This document shows, one piece after another, positions 1 through 11,692 of a DNA stretch of 64,000 nt (positions are counted from its first letter, which is position 1; each line of letters starts with the position of its first letter). The position numbers and the translations under genes are program-made. The notes beneath the pieces are model-generated. The model was not told where the DNA came from. It made no database searches and saw only the letters and a list, made by a program, of their open reading frames with translations. Source of the DNA: Octopus sinensis (lineage: Eukaryota); contig NC_043000.1 of the NCBI RefSeq assembly GCF_006345805.1, forward strand, positions 103,044,001 through 103,108,000, written 5' to 3'.

Positions 1-3000
1 GGGCGGCAGCTGAACAGCAGTCTTTTTTGTGCATGGCACAAAAAATTGTTCAGCAGCTGACCTGGCTACAAGCACAAAGCTGGAACTACCACCACATAAG
101 GCCACCTCCAACAGATGCAGGATGGCCACCACAGACACCAACACCAACACACACACCACAAAAATTTCTACTGATGTAGGAGGGCTGCTGCGCGGAAACT
201 GTAAAAAGAAAATTTCATTCTGAGAGACCTTGTGACATGCATTCAAGCTATATGCATGGCACTCACAGACGCATCTTGAACCCGATATAGGTGATGCAGA
301 AATACACATGCCGCAATATGCAGTCATACGCACAGATAGAAAAGGGAGGAGCCATGGTGGAGTTGCAATGTACATCCGAGATGACCTCACGCCCCAGGTC
401 CTGCTGTCATATTCAAACTCAGTATGTGAAACTCAAATTGTACACATAAGACAACTGAATATCGTCATATGCACTACATATCGCCCACCACCAGACGCCC
501 AAAACACTCAGGCATGTTTGAAGACTGCCTAACAAAAATAGGAGAAGTCCTCACCACCTTGAACAGCACAACAGTGTATTCTTCATGGGAGACTTTAACC
601 TCCCCAATGTGGAATGGCCTGGGGGGCAGATGCTCCCAGGATGACACACCATCAGCAGGCACAGGTGGAGTCCCTGCTCCATCTCACAAATACCTCTTTC
701 ATGGAGCAAATAGTTCTGCAACCAACAAGGGCAGATAATATACTGGATCTCTGCTTTACAAACAATATGGATATTATCCATAATGTTAATGTGATGCCGA
801 CAATGATCTCGGATCCACATAATAGAGCTGTCTATGTATGGAACAAAAGCCCCCGCAGACACACAGCTATACGAAGCACCCACCATCTCTCCAACTTAAA
901 CTTTCATAAAGCCAACTGGAAGTCGATTGAGAAAGAGATCCTCAAACAGGATTGGCCTGAATGTCTCTCCACACCGGACATAAACATGAAACACAAACAC
1001 TTCATGTCCATAATACAAGCCATATGTGACAAATATGTCCCAATGTGCAGGGCCAGCACACACAAGAATAAAAACAGGATCCCTAGAGAAAGGAGGATTC
1101 TTATGAGACGACGGACAAGGATTGCAAACCGCCTGAGCAAGCACACCAAAAGTGGTGAGAAGTCTCGGCTCGAAAGAATGCTAATGGAAACTGAGAAAAG
1201 TCTACATCAGTCCCATGAAAAGGAGAGAGCAGATAAAGAAGCTTGGGTAATAGAAAATATAAAATCAAACCCTAAAGCTTTCTTTAAGTTTGCCAAAGAG
1301 AAGCCACAGTGCACCAGAGAATAGGACCTCTCTTCCAAAAAGATGGCTCTCTCACAGGAAATCCCACGAGGATAAGTGAAATACTGAACGAACAGTTCCA
1401 AAGTGTGTTCACTACACCTCTAGGACACAGGCAAGTAAACAACCCAGAAGAATTCTTTGCCACTTTACCAGCGGCCAAAGAGACAAAAATTGAGTACATC
1501 AACATCGAAGAAGATGATATCACACTAGCCATTGATGAGATTGACACAAACTCAGCTGCTGGACCTGATGGATTCCCAGCGATCCTTCTCAAATCGTGCA
1601 AACGAGCCCTTGCAAAACCGCTACAGCTTCTTTTTCAGAGCTTTCTTGCAAGTGGTAAGCTCCCAGTCAAACTGAAAGAGGGGGTAATATATGCCCTATC
1701 CATAAGGGAGGTAGCAGAGCAGATGCTAAAAATTATAGGCCTATCTCTCTGACCTCACACATCAGCAAAGTCATGGAACGAATAGTCCGTAAGAAACTAA
1801 TCATGTTCCTTGAAGAAAATGACTTACTGTCTGACACCCAGCATGGATTTCGACCAGGTAGAGGCTGCCTAACACAGCTCCTGCAACACTATGACTGGGT
1901 GTTGAAACAGCTACTAAATGGCTCAAATGTGGATGTAATATATCTTGACTTTGCAAAAGCCTTTGATAAAGTCGACCATGTATGATCTGTCACAAACTGC
2001 GTGGTCTCGGCATAGGCGGGAAACTTGGAGAGTGGCTGCACAACGTCCTAAAAGACAGAAAACAGGCAGTTGTGAGCAATGGAGCCACCTCCAGGGAAAC
2101 GCAAATAACAAGCGGTGTCCCACAGGGCACTGTCTTGGGGCCACTGATGTTCATAGTGGCCTTTCAGACATGCCTTCAGTTGCTACGATGACCACCCTTG
2201 CTAGCTATGCAGATGACACAAAGGTCTCCCACGCAATACAGAACCCTGAAAATATTGCGCATCTGCAACATGAGCTGGACACAATATACAGGTGGGCTGA
2301 GGACAACAACATGCAGTTTAATGCAGGTAAGTTCCAGGCCCTGCGCTACTGGCACACAAAGGTAATGACGTGAAGACTGGATACACTGGCCCAGGAGAAT
2401 TGCAATCCCTGAGTCAAAATCAGTGCGTGACCTGGGCATTGACATGAGCAATGATGCATCTTTCCAAATGCATATTGCTAATCTGGTGATAAAATGCAGA
2501 CGGCTAGCTGGATGGATTCTCCGAACTTTCAGAACAAGAGAGAAGGAGACACTGATGGTCCTATGGAAAACATTTGTCCTCAGCCGCTTGGACTACTGCT
2601 CCCAACTTTGGTCACCACACAATATAAAACAAACAGCAGAACTCGAAGCAACTCAGAGAAGCTACACAAAGAAAATCGTCTCAATGCAAAATGTCAGCTA
2701 CTGGGAAAGACTGAAGGTATTAAACCTCTTCTCCCTGGAGCGGAGGCGGGAGAGATATGCAGTAATATACATCTGGAAAATCCTGGAGGGTCTTATCCCA
2801 AACTTTGGCATTCAAAGTTACTCCAACCGCAGAACGGGGCGCCGCTGCGTGGTGCCAAGGATTCCAACATCACCATCAAAATACAGGTCCAGACTACTGC
2901 AACAGCTTGGTTTCAGAGGACCACAGCTTTTCAACATCCTCCCTAAATGCCTGAGAGACTTACATGGTGTGGATGTGGGTTTCTTTAAAACTAAACTGGA

Positions 3001-3200
3001 TCTCTTCTTGTTGGGAGTCCCAGATGAACCTACCTCACGACAGGAGACACGGATGCGGGCAGCAGCATCGAACTCCCTTGTTGATCAAGTGCCACGTATC
3101 AGAGGTGGATTCACAAACTAGTGTGGCTCATTCAGCGGTGGTGCCCCAGCATGGCCGCGGCCTTCGGGCTAAAACATTTTTAAGGATTTTTAAGGATTTT
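1..3200 (+). mobile_element. Decayed non-LTR retrotransposon (CR1/L2 group): APE endonuclease plus reverse transcriptase ORF2, frameshifted, with 3' hairpin and AAGGATTTT tail repeats
   Basis: Successive track ORFs give HGGVAMYIR (APE), ADNILDLCF, AAGPDG, QHGFRPGRGCLTQLL, YLDFAKAFDKVD, SGVPQGTVLGP, YADDTK, VRDLGI, LDYCSQLWSP and LFSLERRRERY. Several frameshifts. Homologous to the copy at 36100-39320. Confidence 0.93.
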
Positions 3201-3757
3201 ATATATATATATATATGCATGTATGTATGTATTATTTATATTGTTATATGACTGAACTCCAGGCATCCTCTTCCAAGTAAGTTTTATCTATATATATGTG
3301 TGTGTGTGCGTGCGTATGCACACACACATTTACAGACTACCCACGCACATACACATATATGGGTGTATATACATACATACATACATACATACATACATAC
3401 ATACATACATACATACATACACGTACAGATAGACAGCCAGATGACAGACAGACATAGACAGACAACAAGACTGACAGATAGACAGTCAGACAAGCAGGCA
3501 GGCAAGTAGCAGGCATGCAGACAGACATTGAAAGAGCAAGTGAACTATAAAATTTTCTTTTATTGTTGTTATCGTTGTGATTGTTATTGTGGTTATTTTC
3601 TTTTCTCCACATTCAGCAGGGAAGAATGACGAGTATAAACCTTATTTCTCGTTTTCCTTCTAAATATAGACTATAACTATTTACCCACCACCTCTCAGCA
3701 AAGCAGGGCTGTTTTCTTTTTGTTCCCCACTCCCTCTCTGAACTTTTCGTTAAATAG

Positions 3758-3860
3758 AAGGCGCAGCTGTGTGGTAAGGGGGTTTGCTTTTCCAAACACG
3801 TTATTCACAGTTCAGTCCCACCGAGTGGAATCTTGGGCAAGTGTCTTCTGCTATAAATCC
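3758..3860 (+). mobile_element. 5' part of a CORE-type tRNA SINE (family C), interrupted by a family N SINE; resumes near 4313
   Basis: GCTGTGTGGTAAG A-box, GTTCAGTCCC B-box-like motif and TTGGGCAAGTGTCTTCT match the copy at 12644. GTGAGTGGATTTGGTAG resumes at 4313. Confidence 0.75.
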
Positions 3861-4312
3861 TATTTCTTTATTACCCACAAGGGGCCAAACACAGAGGGGA
3901 CAAACAAGGACAGACATAGGTATTAAGTCGATTACATCGACCCCAGAGCGTAACTGGTACTTAATTTATCGACCCCGAAAGGATGAAAGGCAAAGTCGAC
4001 CTCGGCGGAATTTGAACTCACAACGTAACGCAGACGAAATACCGCTAAGCATTTCGCCCGGCGTGCTAACGTTTCTGCCAGCTCGCCGCCTTATCACAAC
4101 GTAACGCAGACGAAATACCGCTAAGCATTTCGCCCGGCGTGCTAACGTTTCTGCCAGCTCGCCGCCTTATCACAACGTAACGCAGACGAAATACCGCTAA
4201 GCATTTCGCCCGGCGTGCTAACGTTTCTGCCAGCTCGCCGCCTTATCACAACGTAACGCAGACGAAATACCGCTAAGCATTTCGCCCGACGTGCTAACGT
4301 TTCTGCCAGCTC
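3861..4312 (-). mobile_element. tRNA-derived SINE family N (Nin/Deu-like central domain) with a 4x tandem 76-bp head
   Basis: Minus strand reads AAGGCGGCGAGCTGGCAGAAACGTTAGC...GAGTTCAAATTCCGCCGAGGTCGACTTTGCCTTTCATCCTTTCGGGGTCGATAAATTAAGTACC...CCTTGTGGGTAATAAAGAAATA. Units start at 4018, 4094, 4170 and 4246. Confidence 0.9.
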
Positions 4313-4424
4313 GTGAGTGGATTTGGTAGAGAGAAACTGAAAAATTTATACCAATAATGAGTTTGCTGGCAGATGAAATTCAGGCTGCATGTGTTTCCTA
4401 GCGAGCAGATTCTCTGATTCTCTT

Positions 4425-4631
4425 TTCTCTTTTCTTTTTTCTCTTTTACTTGTTTCAGTCATTTGACTGCGGCCATGCCGGCAAATCGTCCCCGGGACTT
4501 ATTCTTTTGTAAGCTCAGTACTTATCCTATCGGTCTCTTTTGCCGAACCGCTAAGTAACGGGGACGTAAACACACCAGCATCGGTTGTCAAGCGATGTTG
4601 GGGAGACAAACACAGACACACAAACACACAC

Positions 4632-4663
<32 letters not shown>

Positions 4664-4790
4664 GACGGGCTTCTTTCAGTTTCCGTCTACCAAATCCACT
4701 CACAAGGCATTGGTCGGCCCGAGGTTATAGTAGAAGACACTTGCCCAAGATGCCACGCAGTGGGACTGAACCCGGAACTTTGTGGTTGAT
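4425..4790 (-). mobile_element. CORE-type SINE family C, head truncated
   Basis: Reverse-complement match to 12644-13049, including the internal (TA)n/(CA)n tract and the GGCCGCAGTCAAATGACTGAAACAAGTAAAAGAG tail. Confidence 0.88.
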
Positions 4791-5171
4791 ATGATTATTA
4801 CTCAACGAAGGGTACTCAGCTAGCTGTTCATGAAGCTGAAGAGACCTAAATTATTTGAAGGGTTACATTGTCGTTAAAGAATCTTAAGTTAACTCGCCTA
4901 AGATATGATTTGGAAAATTTTACCTGCTCCACTCCCACAATTTCGATTTTTATTCGTGTTCATAGCGACTCAAGTTGCTAACCGTAAGCGATAAAAATTT
5001 TTTTGAATTTCGCTTATCGAACTGCGATATGGGTAAAGCTTACTACCGTCGCCAATAAAGTATTATTGTACCTGAACCTACCACGGACTGTTCGAAGCTT
5101 AGAAACTTCCGATACTTATATCCTTGGATCTTATAATTACACACACACAAACAAACAAACACACACGCACG

Positions 5172-5207
<36 letters not shown>

Positions 5208-5574
5208 ACACACACACATACCCACACACATACACTGGATCATCTCATAAATAATGTAGTTTTTTTTTACACTTCTTTTATTTTTTCAAAATTAAGATAA
5301 ACAAAGTTCCCTTTTAATCTAAAATATACTCTCCTTCATTTTCTACAATGCTCTTCCATCTATCTGATAGACTTGTAAGCCCCGTTCCAAAATTCACTTG
5401 TCCGTGACGAAAAATACTTCTCCAGTACTGTTCTGACCTCGTCTATAGAATTCATGTTTTTTCCGTCCAAATGATTTTGAAGACTGCGAAATAAATGATA
5501 ATGAGATGGGGTTGCAGAAAATTCATAATTTCTTAATTTTTCTTTTTTATAGCATACAAGTGTATTTATGGGGG

Positions 5575-6167
5575 GAAATATTCTTTTCTACTCTAGGTGC
5601 AAGGTCCGAAATTTTTTGGGGGTAGGGGGCCAGTCGATTAGATCGACCCCAATACGCAACTGGTACTTAATTTATCGACCCCGAAAGAATGAAAAGCAAA
5701 GTCGACCTCGGCGGGATCTGAACTCAGAATGTAAAGACAGACGAAATACCTATTTCTTTACTGCCCACAAGAGGCTAAACACAGAGGGGACAAACAAGGA
5801 CAGACAAAGGGATTAAGTCGATTAGATCGACCCCAATACGCAACTGGTACTTAATTTATCGACCCCGAAAGAATGAAAAGCAAAGTCGACCTCGGCGGGA
5901 TCTGAACTCAGAATGTAAAGACAGACGAAATACCTATTTCTTTACTGCCCACAAGAGGCTAAACACAGAGGGGACAAACAAGGACAGACAAAGGGATTAA
6001 GTCGATTACATCGACCCCAGTGCGTAACTGGTAATTAATTTATCGATCCAGAAAGGATGAAAGGCAAAGTCGACCTCGGCGGAATTTGAACTCAGAAGGT
6101 AACGGCAGACGAAATACGGCTACGCATTTCACTCGGCGTGCTAACGTTTCTGCCAGCTCGCCGCCTT
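5575..6167 (-). mobile_element. Nested family N SINEs with a 184-bp tandem duplication
   Basis: The AGTCGATT block recurs at 5632, 5816 and 6000. Two tail types are present. Confidence 0.88.
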
Positions 6168-6839
6168 ATGGGGAAAAATATTGAAAATCATCAATACATG
6201 CGAGAGTGATAAGGAAACGAGGAGGGTTGTCTTTGGATGTGCTAGAAACAATAGCCAAGTCGCCCTTAAATCACTCACTTTTCCCTCTGAGATTATTAAC
6301 AATTTATTATTATTATTTTTAACGAAAATGTTCTTCTTATGGTTTTGAACTGCAAAAAAAAAAAAAAGGAAAAATTGGCCAAAATAGGTCCAGAGTAAGA
6401 TGATGAGGGAGGAAGTGTAAAAAAAGACTTTCCAAAACTATTTTCTTACAAAGATGCCCCCACCCCATCATTTTGAAGGCTGTGGCTTTAAAAAATGTGG
6501 AAATTCATAATCTACGCTGTTTGAAAGGGATTTGTATACATTTTCATTAAATGACACTCAACTTCCTGAAAGTTATGAGGGGGAAAAAAGTCAGACAGTG
6601 TGAACTTTTCAAGATTCCTCTCCCCACACCATCGGAAAAATTATTTTCCATAAATCCCTACATACTCTGAAGTCACAACATCTAAGCGGTATTTGTAGAA
6701 AATTTTGTTAAAAACTTTCCATTTTTCTGGATGTTATGAGGCAACAAAGTCGAGGGCGTACACATCTGTAGTAATACCCTTTTTATTTATACGATTTTTC
6801 CATTTCATGTTTATTTCATTCATTGTTTTTGAAAGTAGT

Positions 6840-7385
6840 GGTTTTCTGATTGCAGCCCTCCCTTGAAATCAGGATTTGTGCAGCTCCCGGCGAATAGTTT
6901 TTGTGGAAACTGGTTTCTCAAGGTGGTCATTACGTTCTGCAGTAATTTTGGGAGCTGTACTTTTGTGACCCTTTCTAACAATTCGCTTTAGAGTCCGACG
7001 GTCCTTACCTGATAGTTTTGGTTTTCTTCCGGAGTTTTCTTTCGACGAGGAGGTTTTTTCCCTCTTTCTCAAAGGCTGTCATTACTTTCGAGACAGTACT
7101 TCTTGATACACCAAACATTTCGGCTGTTTTCGTTATGCTAGCGCCTGCCATACGAGCATCAACAATTTGACTTCTTTGAAAGTCCGATAAATCCGTCATT
7201 TTAATGAATTTTAATTACCTTTTTCTGATGATATCTGAAAAGAATCAGCAATTTTGCTAAAACATATTAAGCAGTACTAATAATAAATCAAAATACATAA
7301 AAATAAACAAGCTTTTGACTGTTTTATAGATATTTCAAAATTATGAAGCTATGATGCAAGGTGTCTCCATTATTATGTCCCACCC

Positions 7386-7386
<1 letters not shown>
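6840..7386 (-). mobile_element. Tc1-family DNA transposon, 5' remnant (transposase N-terminal HTH region)
   Basis: MTDLSDFQRSQIVDARMAGASITKTAEMFGVSRSTVSKV and SGRKPKLSGKDRRTLKRIVRK...TAPKITAE...VSTKTIRRELHK, split by a frameshift. TIR-like end GTGTCTCCATTATTATGTCCCACCC at about 7361-7385. Confidence 0.88.
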
Positions 7387-7471
<85 letters not shown>

Positions 7472-7472
<1 letters not shown>

Positions 7473-7664
7473 AATTAAATTAAATTAGAGATAAAACCAC
7501 TATTAGGCAACTGAAACAGTGATAGACGTAAACCAAAACAAAAAAAGAATTAATATAATATACAATATATATATATACATTATAAAATTTTAAATTGTGT
7601 TGGTTTATATCTATCACTGTTTGAGTTGTTTAATAGTGGTTTTATCTCTAATTTAATTTGATTT
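7472..7664. repeat. Imperfect inverted repeat (arms about 7472-7548 and 7594-7664)
   Basis: AAATTAGAGATAAAACCACTATTA...AAACAGTGATAGA...AAACCAA versus TTGGTTT...TCTATCACTGTTT...TAATAGTGGTTTTATCTCTAATTT. Confidence 0.85.
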
Positions 7665-7744
7665 ATATTTATACTGTGAAATTTGATTTAATCCTAAATC
7701 TAATTTTTCCCTGTAAGTTTGGATATACCCCCTAATATTATTAT

Positions 7745-7805
<61 letters not shown>

Positions 7806-7814
7806 ATATATATA

Positions 7815-7935
7815 CTTTATTTAAAAGCAGCAGAAATATAACACAAGCTGTACTCAGAGTTTCACTGTCCGACGAACGGGACCGTGAAACTCTGAGTAAC
7901 AGCTTTTGTTATATTTCTGCTGCTTTTAAATAAAG
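7815..7935. repeat. Fold-back inverted repeat (about 51-bp arms) containing a hammerhead-like motif
   Basis: CTTTATTTAAAAGCAGCAGAAATATAAC...CTCAGAGTTTCAC versus GTGAAACTCTGAG...GTTATATTTCTGCTGCTTTTAAATAAAG. Confidence 0.9.
7865..7902 (+). ncRNA. Minimal type I hammerhead ribozyme-like motif (family B)
   Basis: Stem I CUGU/ACAG; core CCGACGA (U4C); stem II ACG-GGAC-CGU; GAA; stem III ACUC-U-GAGU; predicted GUA site at 7898. Confidence 0.65.
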
Positions 7936-8090
7936 AATATTACCCTACCTCTGGTATTTGAGTACTCTTTTTTCCACCTTGTTTCACATTTTGTGCTCAC
8001 CCGGGTATCTATCTATCTCTCTTTCTAAATCTAATTTTTCTAAATCTAATTTTTCCCTGTAAGTTTGGATATACCCCCTAATATTATTAT

Positions 8091-8167
<77 letters not shown>

Positions 8168-8214
8168 CATATATATATACATACATACATACATACATAT
8201 ATAATATATATATA

Positions 8215-9650
8215 TATATTGTTATGTTTCGGAATGGTCATTTTGCCAGTTTAGCCAATAAAAACACACGCACTATATATTTGGTGTTATTTTGCTTCAG
8301 TGTTATTTATTATTTTTTTTTTATATTAATCTTAATCTTATTTCGGCCAGAGTTCTTTCGTCACACTCCTGTGACCGCATCAGTGGTCCTTTGTTTTCTT
8401 CTTTCTTATTTGTGTCTCTCCTTACTAACCGTCAGCCATTTTGTATTTCTATTGTATGTCTTCATTTGCGCATGCTTATGTCTCTATGTGCGTTTATGTT
8501 TATTTAGTGTGTGTATGTGGGGGGATGCCTGTAATATTTGTATCTTCTGTTTATATATGTTCATGTAATTTGTATTTTGTTTTTGTTGTTTTTGTTTATT
8601 CTTATTTTGTTCATGTGTTTACATCCACTTATTATTATCATTACATATGCTTGTATGTATAACAACAATACTAGTAATAATAATAATAAATCGAATCGAA
8701 AAAAAAAAATTTTTTTAATAAAAAAAGAAAATATATATATACATATCTATATATATATATAATATATAGTTTATTTATTTCTATTAGTTTATTTATCTGT
8801 GTATTTATTATGTTTTCAAGATCCTCTATCGTCATATGTTGTGGTGTGTGTTAGTGCTCCATTCTAGTTTTCTGTTCAGGCTAGGTTTATTTTCTATTAT
8901 GTGTGTAGCTTCTGTAATTTGTCTAATTGTTGCATCTGATCTCTGTGTGGATAATATTTTAATTTCTATGTTATTGATTGATCCCTCGTGTTCCTGTTCG
9001 GCGTGTTGGTACAGAATCGATGAGCTTTTACCTTCCTTGGGTTGTCTCCAATGTTCATTTACCCGCTCTCCTATGCTTCTTGCCGTTTCCCCTACGTATG
9101 TCATTGTCTTGTTACTGCATCGTCCCTCTATACATCTTATACTATAGACTACATTTCTGGCTTTACAGTTTGTTTGTGGGCTAAATCTACATACAGTACA
9201 GTACTTATCCGTACATGGGGTTCTACTAAAAGGATAGGTTCTACCAATTATAGATTTGATAGGGTTGCCTGGCTTTTCAACAACCTTAATTCTTAGCTTA
9301 AGTTTGTCTAGAGTCCTTCTAAAGCGGTACGCCAGTTCACCTCCAGGAGTGGTGTCAACGAACATGACACTCTGGTGTTTATGGCTATCATACCAAGAGT
9401 TGGCCTTCCCTATTTTCTTTTTTGTCCTTTCTATAGTGTTCCATGACTTGTTCCTATAGAGTGGGCAAATCCCATTCCTATCATTACATAATATATTATC
9501 AAATTTTTTAATGGCTCCTTTGTATACTCTGATTCTTTATGGCTGTAACCTGAGAACTGCATGCAGTGAATGAAATATTGTATGTGTCTCTTTAACTCTG
9601 TAGGCTCGCACATGCGTGACACATTTCTCATTATTCTGACGATTAGTCAC
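8215..9650 (-). mobile_element. Penelope-like element (Neptune-like) 3' part: RT C-terminal region, Cys-rich linker, GIY-YIG endonuclease and pseudo-LTR
   Basis: ORF 8832-9365 has VDTTPGGELA...IKVVEKPG...CxxxxCxVC...NCKARNVVYSIRC...YVGETARSIGERVNEH...EATHIIENKPSLN. Upstream frame has HIQYFIHCMQFSGYS. Downstream 8215-8830 is shared with 48545-49200. Confidence 0.9.
8347..8386 (-). ncRNA. Hammerhead-like motif with atypical core (family D) in a PLE pseudo-LTR
   Basis: CCA-CUGAUGCG-GUCAC-AGGAGU-GUGAC-GAA-AG-AA-CU-C-UGG. Second copy at 49055. Confidence 0.5.
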
Positions 9651-9659
9651 ATACCCGAT

Positions 9660-10180
9660 TTCATAGTTACCGCTTACGTAATGCACATATACGCAGCGCT
9701 ATGCGTGTGCCAAGTTTTCTATGTTAATGTCCGCAATTCGTCAGTGTGACCGTCATAGCAAAATATAATTTGCAGAACTATACACGGGACGTCCGCATGA
9801 GATTGAACATGCTTATATTTCTACCAATTACTTTTGGGGTTATATTTCAAGTCTTCATTTTGGTGCGCCAAAATATGGGAAATAATTCTGCAGAAAATAA
9901 TTCTCTGCAATGAATTTTGCAGGTAAAATTTAAATAAGCATGTCCTCTAACCGGCAAAAGTCACTGCAGAGAATTATTTTCTGCAGAATTATTTCCCATA
10001 TTTTGGCGCGCCAAAACGAAGACTTGAAATATAACCCCAAATGTAATTGGTAGAACTATATGCATGTTCAATCTCATGTGGACGTCCCGTGTATAGTTCT
10101 GCAAATTATATTTGGCTTTGATGATCACACTGATGAATTGCGGACATTTACGTATATATTACGTAAGTGGAAACTATGGA
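9660..10180. mobile_element. MITE-like / fold-back element with long imperfect inverted arms (about 190-250 bp)
   Basis: Arm 9725-9915 is the reverse complement of 9962-10150 (AATGTCCGCAATTC...GGGGTTATATTTCAAGTC...CTGCAGAAAATAATTCTCTGCA). It abuts the truncation point of the PLE. No TSD identified. Confidence 0.7.
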
Positions 10181-10386
10181 CTAATTCTTATATTTTGTAT
10201 CCTTTCATTTGTCTTGCTCTCTTACGTTTTGGCGTTTGCTGAATTTTCTTGAGAACATTCTTAGTGGTCAGACCATATGGGGTCTACATCTAGCATATTG
10301 GATGTTCACTTAGTGGTCATCCCTCTTATATGTATGTACACATGTATATCTATATATGCTTTGTGTGTCTGTATGCAAGCGTGTGT

Positions 10387-10438
<52 letters not shown>

Positions 10439-10711
10439 AGTGTGTAATTCTCTCTCTAGCACTCCCTTGTCTTCTTTACAGTATCCTTAACATTCCTTAC
10501 CTTTCACATGGCTGAAGCTTAAACCCTCCCCACTGCGACCACCACATATACCTCTACTATTTCACTTTCTTCAAAAAGTCCTTTATTTCCAAACAGCCAA
10601 TTTCCTTATAACTACTGTCTTTTTGCTTTCTCTTCCATCCCCCATTCCTTTTTTATCTATTCCCTTCTCCTTCTTTCTCTCTCTTTTTTTCTGTTTCTAT
10701 CTCACTTTTAC

Positions 10712-10882
<171 letters not shown>

Positions 10883-11281
10883 GTCCCCTCTCAGACTTGG
10901 TCATTCTCTCACTTCATTCTCAACAAAAAGACAGAAAATATCAACAAAAACAGTCTCCACCCCATTGTGGTAGTGGTGGTTGTGATGGTGGATACCCTCC
11001 TTCTTTCGTCTGCTTTCAATTTCTCTAGGGTTTTTATACTTTCTATATATGTTTTTCTTTTTTCTTTTTGTCCTCTTTCAGTTACACCTTTCACAAACCC
11101 TTCTCTAGCAAATTCATTCGTCCATTATTTATTTATTTATTCTCAGCAAACCTCCTCGTTTTCTTCTACCCGTTGCCCATCCATCTATATAGCTCAACTT
11201 TTAACAACCCGATCCAGTAAGCTACCACAATTGCCTTACCGCTACAAAACTGCTCTGTACACACGCAGAAACGCACGCACG

Positions 11282-11343
<62 letters not shown>

Positions 11344-11564
11344 TAAACGAGTTTACATATATACGTGTATGTGTTTTGTGTGTGTGTGTGTGAATGGTTC
11401 TCTGTCGGTTTGAACGATGAAGTTTCAGTTGTTCGAAAACTGAGTTTACCTGCTCTGAATGAATGTGGCAATGTTTAAATATTCCCCAGATACTCATACA
11501 ATCAAAGTAATTAATTCTCAGGTGAACCTAGCGCAACAGTATCTTTTGAAACATATAATGGCTG

Positions 11565-11636
11565 TGTGGTAAGAAGCCTTGTGAGTGGATTTGGTCGACG
11601 GAAACAGAAGGAAGCCTGTCGTATATATATACATAC

Positions 11637-11692
<56 letters not shown>

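Noticed and set aside
4018-4312. Regular repeat resembling a CRISPR or tRNA array
   Set aside because: The units are contiguous with no unique spacers, and they are SINE heads rather than cloverleaf tRNAs.
10128-10175. CTGATGA...GAAAC hammerhead-like words in the MITE arm
   Set aside because: Stem II is not adjacent to the core, and stems I and III cannot form.
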